Below are positions 1 through 13,679 of a DNA stretch of 64,000 nt, piece by piece; position 1 is the first letter of the stretch; every line of letters starts with the position of its first letter. The notes under the pieces are model-generated. The model saw only the letters and a list, made by a program, of their open reading frames with translations. It made no database searches and had not been told where the DNA came from. Position numbers and translations under genes: made by a program. The stretch spans positions 22,506,001-22,570,000 of the forward strand of contig OX597820.1 of NCBI GenBank assembly GCA_951406725.2, in the 5' to 3' direction. The stretch is from Octopus vulgaris. Taxonomy: Eukaryota.

Positions 1-120
1 CCATTTTATGCCTCTGTCTCTTGTGATTACATCATTTGCCATTTATAATTTCCAACTTTATCATTCTAATAAATTAATTCTACCAAGAACTTAGTTTATA
101 AATCTATTATTATGCAAGGA

Positions 121-436
121 AGGCGCAATGGCCCAGTGGCTAGGGCAGCGGACTCACGGTCAGAGGATCGTGGTTTCGATTCCCAGACCGGGCATTGTGT
201 GTGTTTATTGAGCAAAAATACCTGAAAGCTCCACGAGGCTCCGGCAGGGCGTGGTGGCGACCCCTGTTGTACTCTTTCGCCCCAACTTTCTCTCACTCTC
301 TCTTCTTGTTTCTTGAGTAACGCTGTGATGGATTGACATCCCATCCAGCTGGAGGGGAACACATATGCCACAGAAACCGGAAAACTGGACCCATGAGCCT
401 GGCTAGGCTTGAAAAGGACGCATAAATAAATAAAAA
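121..436 (+). mobile_element. tRNA-derived SINE (family A); related copies about 21467-21600 and 24910-25160
   Basis: Head TGGCCCAGTGGCTAGGGC...GGTTTCGATTCCC resembles Pol III A/B boxes; A-rich tail; homologous copies elsewhere in the window. Confidence 0.8.
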
Positions 437-751
437 ATTATGCAAGGAAATTATTACTATTAGGCGTACATTTTCTTCTAATTAACTTGCTAATCATTCC
501 ATATATATATATATATATATATCCAATTAGGAGCATCATTTGAGCATCAGAAAAAAATGCCTTGCAGCATTTCTTCTGGTTCTTTATGTCCAGAGTTCAA
601 ATATCAATAAAGTCAACTGAGCCTTTCCAAAATCCTTTGAAGGTTTATAAAATAACGTATCAGTCAAATACTGGGATTGATGTAACTGACATGCTCCCTT
701 CTCTAAAATTTCAAACCCTGAGCTGGTAGTAGAAAGATTAGTAATACTGAT

Positions 752-1308
752 TAAGGCGGCAAGCTGGCAGAATCATTAGCAGCATTTCATCTGTCCTTAT
801 GTTCTGAGTTCAAATTCCACCAAGGTTGACTTTGCCTTTCATCCTTTCAAGGTTGATAAATTAAGTACTAGTGAAACACAAGTGGATGTAATCGACTAGA
901 CTCCTTCCCCAAAATTTCAGGCCTTGTGCCTTTAGTTTCTGCTGAGACCCCCTTCGGTCATGACTGACCATAGAATTGCACCTAGAAAGTTACCATCCCA
1001 GGCACATGTCCAGGCAAGGTTGTTTATGGAAGACCAGCAGTCGCCCATGCATACCGGCCTCCCCTCTCCACACCACCAGTGTTATGCAATGGAAAGGCAA
1101 AGCCAATACAGCTTGGCACCTGTGACGTCGCAACTCATTTCTACAGCTGAGTGAACTGGAGCAACGTGAAATAAAGTGTCTTGCTCAAGGACACAACACG
1201 CAGCCCAGTCCGGGATTCGAAATCACAACCTCACGATCGTAAGCTCGACGCTCTAACCACTGAGTCATGCGCCTTCACTATGTGCCTTTAGTAGAAAGGA
1301 TTATTATT
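752..1308 (+). mobile_element. SINE family B (GGCGGCGAGCTGGCAGAA...GAGTTCAAATTCC...CTTTCATCCTTTCGGGGTCGATAAA), host of a nested SINE
   Basis: Motif recurs more than 15 times in the window; B box GTTCAAATT; (ATT)n tail. Confidence 0.8.
937..1280 (-). mobile_element. tRNA-derived SINE (family D) nested in a family B SINE
   Basis: 12-bp TSD TGTGCCTTTAGT at 925-936 and 1281-1292; homologous to 2283-2540 and 40595-40913. Confidence 0.85.
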
Positions 1309-1636
1309 GGTTACTAAGCACATGGCTTAGTGGTTGGCATGTTGTACTAGCGATCGTGGTTTCAATTCCTAAACTGGGTGGTGTGTTGTGTTCTTGAGCA
1401 AAATATATCGTCTCACATCACTCTGTGATCACTTCAACACCTGACACATGGTACGCTGTATATATATATATATTTTTTTTTATTTCATCTAGTTTCAGCT
1501 CACGAGCTGTGGCCATGCTGGAGCACCGCCATATGATCATTATAAACAAATCATTTGTGCAGGTCATCTGGCAAAAAGCTGAATGCTTATATGAATGTTG
1601 TTGATGGCAGAGACCATCATTATTATTACTATGATA

Positions 1637-2270
1637 AAGGCAAGCAAGCTGGCAGAATCCTTAGCATGCTGGACGAAATGCTTAGCAGTATTTCACCTGT
1701 CACTACATTCTGAGTTCAAATTCTGCTGTAGTCGCTTTTGCCTTTCATCCTTTCAGGGTCGATTAAATAAGTACTAGTTACGCACTGGGGTCGATATAAT
1801 CGACCTAATCCGTTTGTCCTCTCTGTGTGTAGCCCCTTGTGGGCAGTAAAGAAATAAGAAATAAGTATTTCCCCCGTCACTACGTTCTGAGTTCAAGTTC
1901 CGCTGCAGTCGACTTTGCCTTTCATCCTTTCAGGGTCAATGAAATAAGTACCAGTTACGCAGTGGGGTCAGTGTAATCAACTAGCCCGCTCCACCAAATT
2001 TTCAGGCCTTGTGCCTATAATAGAAAGGAGAATTATTATTATTATTATTAAGAGGGGAGCAACAAAATCATTTGCATGCTGAAGAAAATGCTTAGTGGCA
2101 TTTCATCCTTCTCTATGTTCTGAGTTCAAATTCTGCTGAGGTTGACTTTGCCTTTCATCCTTTCAGGGTCAGTAAAATAAGTACCAATTAAACAGTGGAG
2201 TCAGTGTAATCAATTAGTCCCCTACTCCAAAATTTTAGGCCTTGTACCTATAATAGAAAGGATTATTATT
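1637..2270 (+). mobile_element. Cluster of family B SINEs, including one with a duplicated 3' domain
   Basis: Three GAGTTCAAATTC/CTTTCATCCTTTCAGGGTC units with (ATT)n tails. Confidence 0.8.
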
Positions 2271-2282
2271 ATTATTATTGTG

Positions 2283-2540
2283 ATGGCACATGGCTCAGTG
2301 GTTAGAGTGTCGAGCTTACGATCGCGAGGTTGTGAGTTTGAATCCCGGACCGGGCTGCATGTTGTGTTCTTGAGCAAGACACTTTATTTCAAGTTGCTTC
2401 AGTTCACTCAGCTGTAGAAAAGAGTTGCGACGTCACAGCTGCCAAGATGTATCGGCCTTTGCCTTTCCCTTGGATAACACTGGTGGCATGGAGAGGGGAG
2501 GCCAGTGTGCATGGGTGACTGCTGGTCTTCCATAAACAAC
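2283..2540 (+). mobile_element. SINE family D
   Basis: TGGCTCAGTGGTTAGAGTG...GAGTTTGAATCCC head; reverse-complement match to 937-1280. Confidence 0.8.
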
Positions 2541-2769
2541 ATCAAGCTGGCAGAGTTGTTAACATCTCAGACAGCTTGGCAACATTTCTTATAGTACTTT
2601 ATGTTCTAAGTTCAATTTCTCCCAAGATCAACTTTGCTTTCATCTTTTCAGGGTCGATAAAATAACCACTAAGGTTGGTGTAATTGGATAGCACCCGCCT
2701 CCAAAAATCTCAGGCCTTGTGTGTATACTAAAAAGAATCATTATTATTATTATTATTGATTGATTGATT

Positions 2770-3260
2770 GATAGAGCAATGCACACCATCAGTGACACTG
2801 GGGTACGAATATATGAAGCCCAGTATACCCATCATGACTACTCATCTGATAAGGGTACATCGGGTACATGCACCACAACTATATGTGCATGACATCCTGA
2901 TCTCATATCAAGATTAACTGCACACGACCTTGCAGGTGAGGCCCTGTTAGAATTTTCTACAGGTTGAGTAGCCCATCTTACTCAAAAGGTCCCTGAATGA
3001 GAATTATGGAAGATGAACGAAATGACCATGTTTCCAAAGGTGAATTATTCCTCTCAACACAGCTATGATGCTCCCCCACTACTCCTGCTTGTGATCAGAG
3101 ATGCACAGTTCATCAGCTACTAAAGGACATGCTCAACTGGTTATGGTCAAGCAGAATATTTCCTGGAGCCCATCTTTTTGTATACCAAGACAAAACAGGA
3201 ACATGATACCATTTCCAATCACTTAAGATCGGAAGCCATGAGAGCCACTGCCTGGTACTT
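2770..3260 (-). repeat. Interspersed repeat, about 500 bp (family F); second copy at 31445-31995 (+)
   Basis: Reverse-complement similarity over the full length (GTACCAGGCAGTGGCTCTCATGGCTTC...). Confidence 0.75.
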
Positions 3261-4710
3261 CCAATTATTATTATTGACAGAATCATTAGAGCATTGAATA
3301 ATAATAATTATAAGGCAGCAAGCTGGCAAAATCATTAGCACACCGGGCAATATGCTTAGCAGCATTTCGTCTGTCCTTATATTCTGAGTTCAAATTCCAC
3401 CAAGGTTGACTTTGCCTTTCATTTTTTTAGGGTTGGTATTCCTTGTGGTATTTCTTCCGGTTCTTTACGTTCTGAGTTCAAATCCCACTGAGGCCATCTT
3501 AGTCTTTCATCCACTTATAATTAATAAAATAAAGTAGTATCAGGTACTCAATGAAATCAGCAGATCATTTACAATCCAAAGTTGGAACAACTTAAAGACC
3601 CCACTTCCCCTTAGTAATAATTGTACTTGTACTTGTGACAGCATTCACGCAGGGCGAGTTGAGCCAGTTTCTTCTCTCATAGAAGAAGTTTCGTGGGAAT
3701 ATTGAATTCACAAGCGGTCCCCGACATCTCGCATGCATATCCCGAGTGATGGGATGCCCTGTTTGCCGCAGAGTCTCCACAGATGCAGGGACAGAACGAC
3801 CTCGAAGCCGCCGGTTGCCGATCAGACGCCTCTTGGAAGGTATTAGGGATGCAGCCCTAATACCGCTCGGTGCCAGATCAATCCACCTTGAGTGGCCCTA
3901 CCAGGTACCAAAGTTCCCGACGGCATAGCTCTGACACTGCCCATTTACACCACCCTACTGCTTTGAGGAGGGGTTGGAATTTAGGGAAGCTTAGTAATAA
4001 TACCCTAAGGAAAAGAATTTAACCCACCACATCTCTTTTCTAAGCCCTTAAATATCATCAGCTTCTGTGTGAGAAAAGATTGGTGTTGTCATCCTGAAAC
4101 CTGTAATGAATTTACTAGTTGCTGCCTTCCACATGAGACCTTCAAGTTCTACTGTAGGTAAAGGTGCAGGGCCTAATGGTCAAGGTACTGGTCTCAAGAG
4201 TTCAATCCTTGGACCAGGCGGTGGTGTATTGCTTCCTTGAGCAAAGCACTTCGTTCTACATTGCCCTGGAAGGGGAGTTAACTTTGCAATGGATTGGTGA
4301 CCCATTCAGTGAGGTATCTTACGTCAGTACCAGCAGCACCTGGAGAAGGGAGTTAACTCTGTGTGGCACTGGTGCCTTGTTATGTCAATCATCTAAAGGC
4401 CTTGAAAATCTAGATAAGCGCTAACCATGACTCTCTAGGTTCACGACTGACTTTTTTCTTTTTTTTTGATACAGATGTTGACAGGGAGAGGGGGCTTCTT
4501 TGACAAAACACTTAAGGCTTTTACCTATTCAAAAAGTTGTAACTACTACTACTACTACTACATACACCACAACTGCTGTAGTGTCTAATCTTGTAATCAA
4601 AATAAAATTACCATTATGTGCACCTTATTATCTGTTGAACTGTTAAGAATTTGGGTACATTTTACTTCAGTATGATTAAAATCCAATGAAGCAAAAACTA
4701 TATATGTATA

Positions 4711-4968
4711 TATATATGAAAGGTTTGAAAATGTAATTTTAAATATGTTTATTCACTTGACTGGTTTCACTTTTTTTGTCAAAAGTAAAATGTAAAGCTT
4801 TGTTGTGTCCTGGTTGTATTGGTTGTCACAAAAGTATTAAAATACATATATATGTATTTTAAAACTTTTGTGACAACCAGTACTTAACACAACAAAGCTT
4901 TACATTTTACTTTTGACAAGTGAATAAACATCTTTAAAATTCCATTTTCAAACCTTCTTTCATATATA
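4711..4968. repeat. Fold-back (palindromic) PLE-like module with a decayed hammerhead remnant (4752-4788, minus)
   Basis: Arms of about 120 bp around AAAATACATATATATGTATTTT; minus strand reads TTACTT-TTGACAA...GAAA-CCAG-TC-AAGTGA. Confidence 0.65.
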
Positions 4969-5003
4969 TTTCCCCTCGTGCAGTACCTTACAACTTCGCT
5001 TTG

Positions 5004-5107
<104 letters not shown>

Positions 5108-5117
5108 GTATATATAT

Positions 5118-5700
5118 CCTTAAATCCTTAAAAATGTTTTAGCCCGAAGGCCGCGGCCATGCTGGGGCACCACCGCTGAATGAGCTACACTAGTTTGTGA
5201 ATCCACCTCTGATACGTAGCACTTGATCAACAAGGGAGTTCGATGCTGCTGCCCGCATCCGTGTCTCCTGTCGTGAGGTAGGTTCATCTGGGACTCCCAA
5301 CAAGAAGAGATCCAGTTTAGTTTTAAAGAAACCCACATCCACACCATGTAAGTCTCTCAGGCATTTAGGGAGGATGTTAAAGAGCTGTGGTCCTCTGAAA
5401 CCCAAGCTGTTGTAGTATCTGGACCTGTATTTTGATGGTGATGTTGGAATCCTTGGCACCACGCAGCGGCGCCCCGTTCTGCGGTTGGAGTAACTTTGAA
5501 TGCCAAAGTTTGGGACAAGACCCTCCAGGATTTTCCAGATGTATATCACTGCATATCTCTCCCGCCTCCGCTCCAGGGAGAAGAGGTTTAATACCTTCAG
5601 TCTTTCCCAGTAGCTGACATTTTGCATTGAGACGATTTTCTTTGTGTAGCTTCTCTGAGTTGCTTCGAGTTCTCAGAGAAGCTACACAAAGAAAATCGTC
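5118..5700 (-). mobile_element. CR1-group LINE, 3' fragment (ORF2 C-terminus and 3' UTR) with a 5' fold-back
   Basis: ORF 5190-5627 [21 protein letters not shown]...PQLFNILP...VPDEP, homologous to the RT-bearing copy at 46620-48268; 29-bp perfect inverted repeat at 5631-5700. Confidence 0.9.
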
Positions 5701-7036
<1,336 letters not shown>

Positions 7037-7139
7037 TACATTGTTGTCTTTATCTCTAGAATATCTTTCTTTTGAGTATGTGACAAATAATATTATTATC
7101 AGTATCTTCAGGACAATAAGGCAATAACATACTAAAACC

Positions 7140-7524
7140 ATGGCAGAGGAATTGTCAGATCCTCCATCCATAAAATTACCGTTAAAAGTACCCGACGAGG
7201 CTGAGATAGTTTCAGATTTCTAAAGTTTGAAAATTAGAGATTCCAGTTGTACAGAAGAAAACTTTTTAAAACTTACATTTTTGTCCCTTCACCTCCTCTA
7301 CGAAAAAGAGATCTTTTCGGTTTGAACGGCAGTTTTTAACATAATTTCTAGTTTTGTCTAAGGGATTATTAAAGTATTTTAATGATGTGTCTGTCAACAT
7401 TGTTGACTGCCCTGATGTGAGAGAGAAACCATTTCAATTGGCTGCTGAAGGTATATGCGGAAATCCCTGTCTTGCTGATATTGGAGGTCCTCCTTTTCTT
7501 CTCCCCACATTCCATAAAGAAAAG
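7140..7524 (+). pseudogene. C11orf54: Processed 5' fragment of ester hydrolase C11orf54/PTD012 (DUF1907), interrupted by a 136-nt insertion (7216-7351)
   Basis: Joining 7140-7215 to 7352-7524 gives [83 protein letters not shown]. This aligns by eye to recalled human ...VPSLEELAGVMQKGLKDNFADVQVSVVDCPDLTKEPFTFPVKGICGKTRIAEVGGVPYLLP. Homology stops at 7524. Confidence 0.9.
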
Positions 7525-7533
7525 ATCGAAAAT

Positions 7534-7576
7534 CCACCTGACAAATGTCATTGAAGACATGAAACGATTGTAGTGG
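7534..7576 (+). ncRNA. Type I hammerhead ribozyme motif, probably inactivated (G8>A)
   Basis: CCAC-CTGACAA-ATGTC(attgaa)GACAT-GAAA-CGATTG-TA-GTGG; stems I and II are perfect; both deviations are CpG-type transitions (from CTGACGA and CGATCG). Confidence 0.8.
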
Positions 7577-7754
7577 CGGTTTATTTCTTTATATTAAAAA
7601 TTTTTATGTATTGATTAAGTCTTTCCTTGTTTGTTTTGCAAAATAGTGGTTTTGTCTCAAATTAATATTATATAATATTTTACTATAAAATTGGATTTAA
7701 TCCTAAATCTGATTTTTCCCTGTAAATTTGGATTTATTCCCTAATATTTATTAT

Positions 7755-7881
<127 letters not shown>

Positions 7882-7894
7882 CATATATATATAT

Positions 7895-7974
<80 letters not shown>

Positions 7975-8027
7975 AATGTCAAACAATGAAGAACAAGTGC
8001 TCAACACTGCATTGGTGGATTCGTTTG

Positions 8028-8202
8028 TGTATTAAGGCTACCATTGGTTTCATGTTAAGAAAATATCTAAATATCTTAACAATTTTTCAAATCAGTCACA
8101 TGGAGGAATTGGGATTCATCAGTTCCTACATGTGATCAGCTTGAAAAATTGGTAAGACTTTAAGATATTTTTTAACATGAAACCAATGGTAACCTTAATA
8201 CA
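8028..8202. repeat. Fold-back element; each arm carries a hammerhead 3' half (GAAACCAATGGTA)
   Basis: TGTATTAAGGCTACCATTGGTTTCATGTTAA ... TTAACATGAAACCAATGGTAACCTTAATACA; related fragment at 43430-43520. Confidence 0.7.
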
Positions 8203-8632
8203 AATATATATGTTAATATTATTATTATTATTATACATGGGTATTTGTTAACAATTTTTTCCACCTTGTAAAGGTAATATTACCCAATTTTCCTACTGTT
8301 TTAATGACTATACTGCATTCAAATATATCACTTTCTCATCTGTATCATATGATACACATTTGGTGCTTCTAAAACACAAATATTAGTTTGTTTATATGCA
8401 CACACATGATTGTTATATATTTAAATATATATATATAAATCAACTTGGATGAGATTATGTTTAGTGTTGTGATAAATTTACATGAATTTCTGTTAATATC
8501 CTCAATGTTATTTTCAGCAAAGTGAGATATTATATATTAATACAAGACCATTTACTAGTGCTCAAAATGGTCTCACATTTCTATATAATTAATTAATTAG
8601 TTAAGTGTTCTTTTTAAGATTGGATCACAACT

Positions 8633-9040
8633 CTTTACTCTCTTACTTGTTTCAGTCATTTGACTGTTGCCATGCTGGAGCAGCACCTTTAGTCGAGCAA
8701 ATCGACCCCAGGACTTATTCTTTGTTAGCCTAGTACTTATTCTATCGGTCTCTCTTGCTGAACCACTAAGTTACAGAGACGTAAACACACCAGCATTGGT
8801 TCTCAAGCAATGTTTGGGGGACAAACACAGACACACAAACATATATATATATATATGTACATATATATCTATATATACACGATGGGCTTCTTTCAGTTTC
8901 TGTCAACCAAATCCACTCACAAGGCTTTGGTCAGACCAAGGCTATAGTAGAAGACACTTTCCCAAGGTGCCACACTGTGGGACTAAACCCGGAACCATGT
9001 GGTTGGTAAGCAAGCTACTTACCACACAGCCACTCCTATG
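8633..9040 (-). mobile_element. tRNA-derived SINE family C with an internal microsatellite; other copies at about 19385-19790(-), 21275-21990, 29330-29735, 32990-33930, 35635-36470, 50695-51165
   Basis: Head GTGGCTGTGTGGTAAGTAGCTTGCTTACCAACCACATGGTTCCGGGTT; tail GGTGCTCCAGCATGGC...GACTGAAACAAGTAAGAG. Confidence 0.85.
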
Positions 9041-9520
9041 CCTATCTTTTCACTTTTTTTACATAACTTCTCTACCTCTGGGCTCAGTTTTGTTTGTTTG
9101 TCTAATCCTTACAGTTTTAACAAAGAATATTTGTCATTGTTAATTAACAGAGCTATTCTCCATCAAAATGGTTCTTTTAAAGCTATAAGCTGACAAATAC
9201 CTGATGAATTTGAAATGCATTTCAACCATGACTACCCTGAATAAAGACATGGTGGCCATTGATATGGAATATCATTTTCTAAGATTTGGAAGTTTAAAAT
9301 GTGTGATCTCTGTTTTACAATAGCCAAGAACTTTATTGAGGGAGATTTCACTAACTCATTGAACAGATCAAGCAACTCTGTCCAAATTGTCTTGTAAGTT
9401 CAATACGTACCAATAATATACAGTTATGATTCCATCAAGTATGGTCTCCTTCTTTTACCAAAGAAAATTGGTCTTGATTCTACTTCAAAAAAATCGCCGC
9501 TACATATATATATACAGATA

Positions 9521-9940
9521 TATACATAAATATAAGAGAGTTAACGTTAAGTGGTTAACTCTAGTGCTAGAAATAGTTCCTTGGGTCTGATAAATTGTAT
9601 CGAGGACAAATACTGCTGATGAATTATAGACAAATATATGAGTATAATTGCATATTATGTTGATAAAGAAACAATTGTTCAGTATTAATCTATCTTTTCG
9701 TTGTATTTCGCTTCCCTTACGTTGAAGGTAATGTTATTTCTTCTGTGGAAACAATCTTTGGTGGCTATACCAGAATAAGGAGCTATTTCTAGCACTAGAG
9801 TTAGCCACTTAACGTTGACTCTTATATTTATGTATAAATTTGTACTGTATCCCTGGTTTCTATGTGCTAGGCCACTTGGTGTTAAACTGAGGGTATTATT
9901 AAATTAATATCTAATTTTTCACCCTCATTTATGAATTTAT
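9521..9940 (+). mobile_element. Non-autonomous PLE-like module with about 60-bp inverted repeats (9521-9582 / 9777-9836)
   Basis: Inverted repeat visible; internal hammerhead; flanked by (TA)n; tail resembles 35845-35930 in reverse. Confidence 0.7.
9609..9686 (+). ncRNA. Type I hammerhead ribozyme motif
   Basis: AATACTG-CTGATGA-(extended stem II)-GAAA-CAATTG-TT-CAGTATT; perfect 7-bp stem I, palindromic stem III, GUU site. Confidence 0.85.
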
Positions 9941-10240
9941 ATATAGATATATATATATATATCAATGTATGTATTTGCCTGTAAATATATATCTTTGTGT
10001 GTGCATATATATATATATTTGTATGATTTGTATGTATAATTATTTCTTGAAGTATGTGTGCGAGTGTGTGTGTAAATAAAAATACATACATTTATTGAAA
10101 TATATGAAACAACATATATACATGTGCATATGTAAACAAATTTATCCTTGTGTATGTACATATGTGTGTATATAGTGTTTATGGAAAGTTTTGTTGTATG
10201 TATGTATGTATGTATGTATATACACACACACACATGCATG

Positions 10241-10283
<43 letters not shown>

Positions 10284-10962
10284 ATATATATAATGTATAT
10301 ATTATATACATACATGTATATATATAATTATTTCCTATATATTATTACAAGTATGCACATATATATATATACACACAGACATTTATATATACATACTCAC
10401 ACATGTATATATAAATTATTTCCTATATATTATTACACGTAAACACACACATATATATATAGACACACACATTTATATACATATACACATACATATGTAT
10501 GTACATGCATATGCATGTATGTGTATTTTATTCAGCAACCAAAGGAAATAACCTGAGATAACCTTGAAAAGTCACCTATTGTGTGTTCATCAAGATAATA
10601 GATTACTCAGCATGTGATATCATGTTTTGTTTATCCTCTCTTTCTCATTGTTAAACAAGATATAATGACAGTGCAATGACTCTTTACAAAGATCTCCTTT
10701 CTTTCTTTCTATTTTATTTTTTATTTTCGCTATTGTCGAAAATTGCAAGCTGTTTGGAAAAATAATAATGAAGTGCTACTGTCTCAGATTTTTCTAGAGT
10801 TGTTCCAAATGTCTTCTGCTGTGAATATGCACTGCGACAAACTGTTCACCATCTTTATCACAAATGTCACTATGTATGTGTACAAACCTATGTTGATATA
10901 TATATATGTACACATTCATGTGTATATGTACATACATGTATATATGTATTTCTATGTATGTT

Positions 10963-10995
<33 letters not shown>

Positions 10996-11144
10996 TTGTG
11001 TGTGTGTTTATATGTATATATATATATATATATATGTATGTATATTGTATGTATATATATATTGTATGTATATATATGTATGTATATATATATATATGTA
11101 TATATGTGTATATATATATATATATGTATGTAAATCAAAACAAA

Positions 11145-11560
11145 TCAAAATAGATGAACATCAATGGAATTTGTATCTTTGCGGTACCAGTGCCGGTGGC
11201 ACACAAGAAAGCCATCCGAACGTGGCCGTAGCCAGTACCGCATCGACTGGCCTCCGTGCTGTGGGCACGTAACAAACACCATCCGATCGTTGCCGTTCGC
11301 CAGCCTCATCTGGCACCTGTGTCGGTGGCACATAAAAACACCATCCGAGCGTGGCCGTCTGCCAGCCTCGTCTGGCACCTGTGTCGGTGGCACATAAAAT
11401 CACCCACTACACTCTCGGAGTGGTTGGCGTTAGGAAGGGCATCCAGCTGTAGAAACACTGCCAGATCTGACTGGCCTGGTGCAGCCTTCGGGCTCCCCAG
11501 ACCCCAGTTGAACCGTCCAACCCATGCTAGCATGGAAAGCGGACGTTAAATGATGATGAT
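11145..11560 (+). mobile_element. SINE-like family E with internal 60-bp tandem units and a (GAT)n tail; copies at about 23665-23800, 24170-24500, 32020-32190, 33175-33690, 36675-36890
   Basis: Repeated TGTCGGTGGCACATAAAA units; conserved end CCAACCCATGCTAGCATGGAAAGCGGACGTTAAATGATGATG. Confidence 0.8.
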
Positions 11561-11589
11561 ATGTGTGTATATATATGAGTGTATATGAA

Positions 11590-11624
<35 letters not shown>

Positions 11625-12809
11625 GTGCATATATATATATGTGTGTGTGTGTATATATATATGTGTGTGTGTGTGTATATATATATGTATGCATGTGTGT
11701 GTGTGTGTATATATAATGTCTGTCCTGCAATTGTTGTGAGGTTAATTAACCAGTTGGATAATTCTACAAATATGTTGTATTAATTTTACTTTCTTTTCAT
11801 TCTAAACACTATATCGACTTTATTGACTTTTTTTTTTTTTATTACTATGTACACTCAGAAATTTTTCTTTATCGACCCTCAAAAAGGGACACCAAATACA
11901 TAAATCTATTGGAATGTCAAAAAAAAGAAAAAAAAACCACAGCGATTAATCGTGTCCCACTCAATTTGAAAATGCATCATAAATTATTATACGATATATG
12001 ACTTTCTTTTTTATTAAATAAATTTTGTATTTCAACTATTGCGTGAAATATATTCTTTATTTTATATTTCTACCTATAAACATTAACATTTTGCTTCCAT
12101 TTTATTTCCATGCCTGCATCAGTTGGTTAAGTCTTTACCAACACAGCGTCTTTGCATTTATCATCATCTTCAGTAAGGTTCAGCCTCTTAAATTCAACAT
12201 ATGTCACTCCTTCCTATGTCTTCTTTCCAGTTCCTTCCTCTTGGATTACTTAGCACTTTTCTGACTTAACTGTCAATGATTTTTACACCTCATACACACG
12301 TTTTCTCTACCAATCCACATTTCTATCTTACAGGGCAACAACAATATATATATGTGCAAATTTGCATGACACCAGTATCTGCCACAACTATGATTTTCCT
12401 CGGCTTGATGGGTCTTCTTCTCAAGGACGACGTAATGCCAAACGTCTTGGTCATTGCCTCCGTGAGGTCCAGCACTCGAAGGAAACTCAGCCACACTATT
12501 TTAGATGTATTTTTTGTTCATTTATTTTTAATACAAAAGAATAAAAATATAACATTGTTAGAAATATGTTGATATCTGAACAAGAAACATAATGCAACAA
12601 CAAACAAAAAGAAAGAAAGCACAAAAACTGAAATGAAAAAAAATATTCTTTTATTTTTATTTATTTAATTTTTTTACTAATTTCTGAGACTGCTGGTTCA
12701 AGAAAAGCATCTGGCTTTAGAAAATCTGCCTCAACATCAACAAATTCCATCTCGCCCATGCAAACATAGAAAAGGGGACATTAAAATGACAATGACAACA
12801 AGAATAATA

Positions 12810-12841
<32 letters not shown>

Positions 12842-13679
12842 GGCGAACATGATAATATGAGAGGAGCAGGTAGAAATCATTGGTGAAGGTCAGATTTATG
12901 ATATAATAAGAAGTGAGTATTAATAAAAGGTAAAAGAAAGAAGATAGTTCAAATACACAAATACATGCATGCATGCAATTATTGATACCCTACAAAGCTT
13001 AGGTGTGATCCCCACAATGGAGTAATGCCTTCACACCTGGGATGGTGCTGCTGCTAGGATGGTGCACTGCACACACAGGCAAGAGACTGTATCCAGAAAA
13101 GGCCCACCTAATTGATTTGCATAATGTCAATCACAGACATATTCCCAGCTTACAGGTTATCATATTAAATTATTGTCTCCTCCCTGCATTTTCTATATCA
13201 ACTATAAAGTCCGGCTCATCAGATCACGTCGCATTCATTCTACCCCCACTCAGGCATTCTTTATCATACTTACCTCTCCTTCTCCCATCAACCTTTCTTG
13301 TCTCCAACTCCCTGAGGCTTTAAACTAATCTCTATACCACCTGTAAGTAGGTTAAAATTATACCTACTGAAATTCATTTTCATTCTTCTCCACCCAGATC
13401 CAGATGGGACTCTTTTTAGCTTCTTCATCATCTAACATGCACACACACACACACACCCATTTATATTATTCTTCAACAAGAACAGTATCGATAGTAACTT
13501 TGAAATGTCAACCTGTAAAACCATCATCAGACTGTGGTACATTTGAGTTAATCTTGACTTTATATGGTCTCTGTTAAGTTAAAATTTACTGGGGTGGGTC
13601 AAACTCTGTTGAATGATTATTAGTAAATGTATAATGGAAGGTATTTTTGAGGGAAAGGTATTATAGAAGATTTTCTATT

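Noticed and set aside
121-200. tRNA gene-like heads here and at many SINE starts
   Set aside because: They lack a full cloverleaf and continue into SINE bodies
7354-7554. C11orf54 ORF treated as a functional gene or genomic exon (GAAG|GTATAT as a donor)
   Set aside because: Homology continues straight through the apparent donor, the upstream insert lacks GT and adds a stop, and the rest of the gene is absent
9195-9225. CTGATGA-attt-GAAA-TGCA-TT hammerhead-like string
   Set aside because: No stem I pairing and no real stem II
11185-11400. Regularly spaced repeats resembling a CRISPR array
   Set aside because: The spacers are homologous to each other; these are internal tandem units of a eukaryotic SINE-like family
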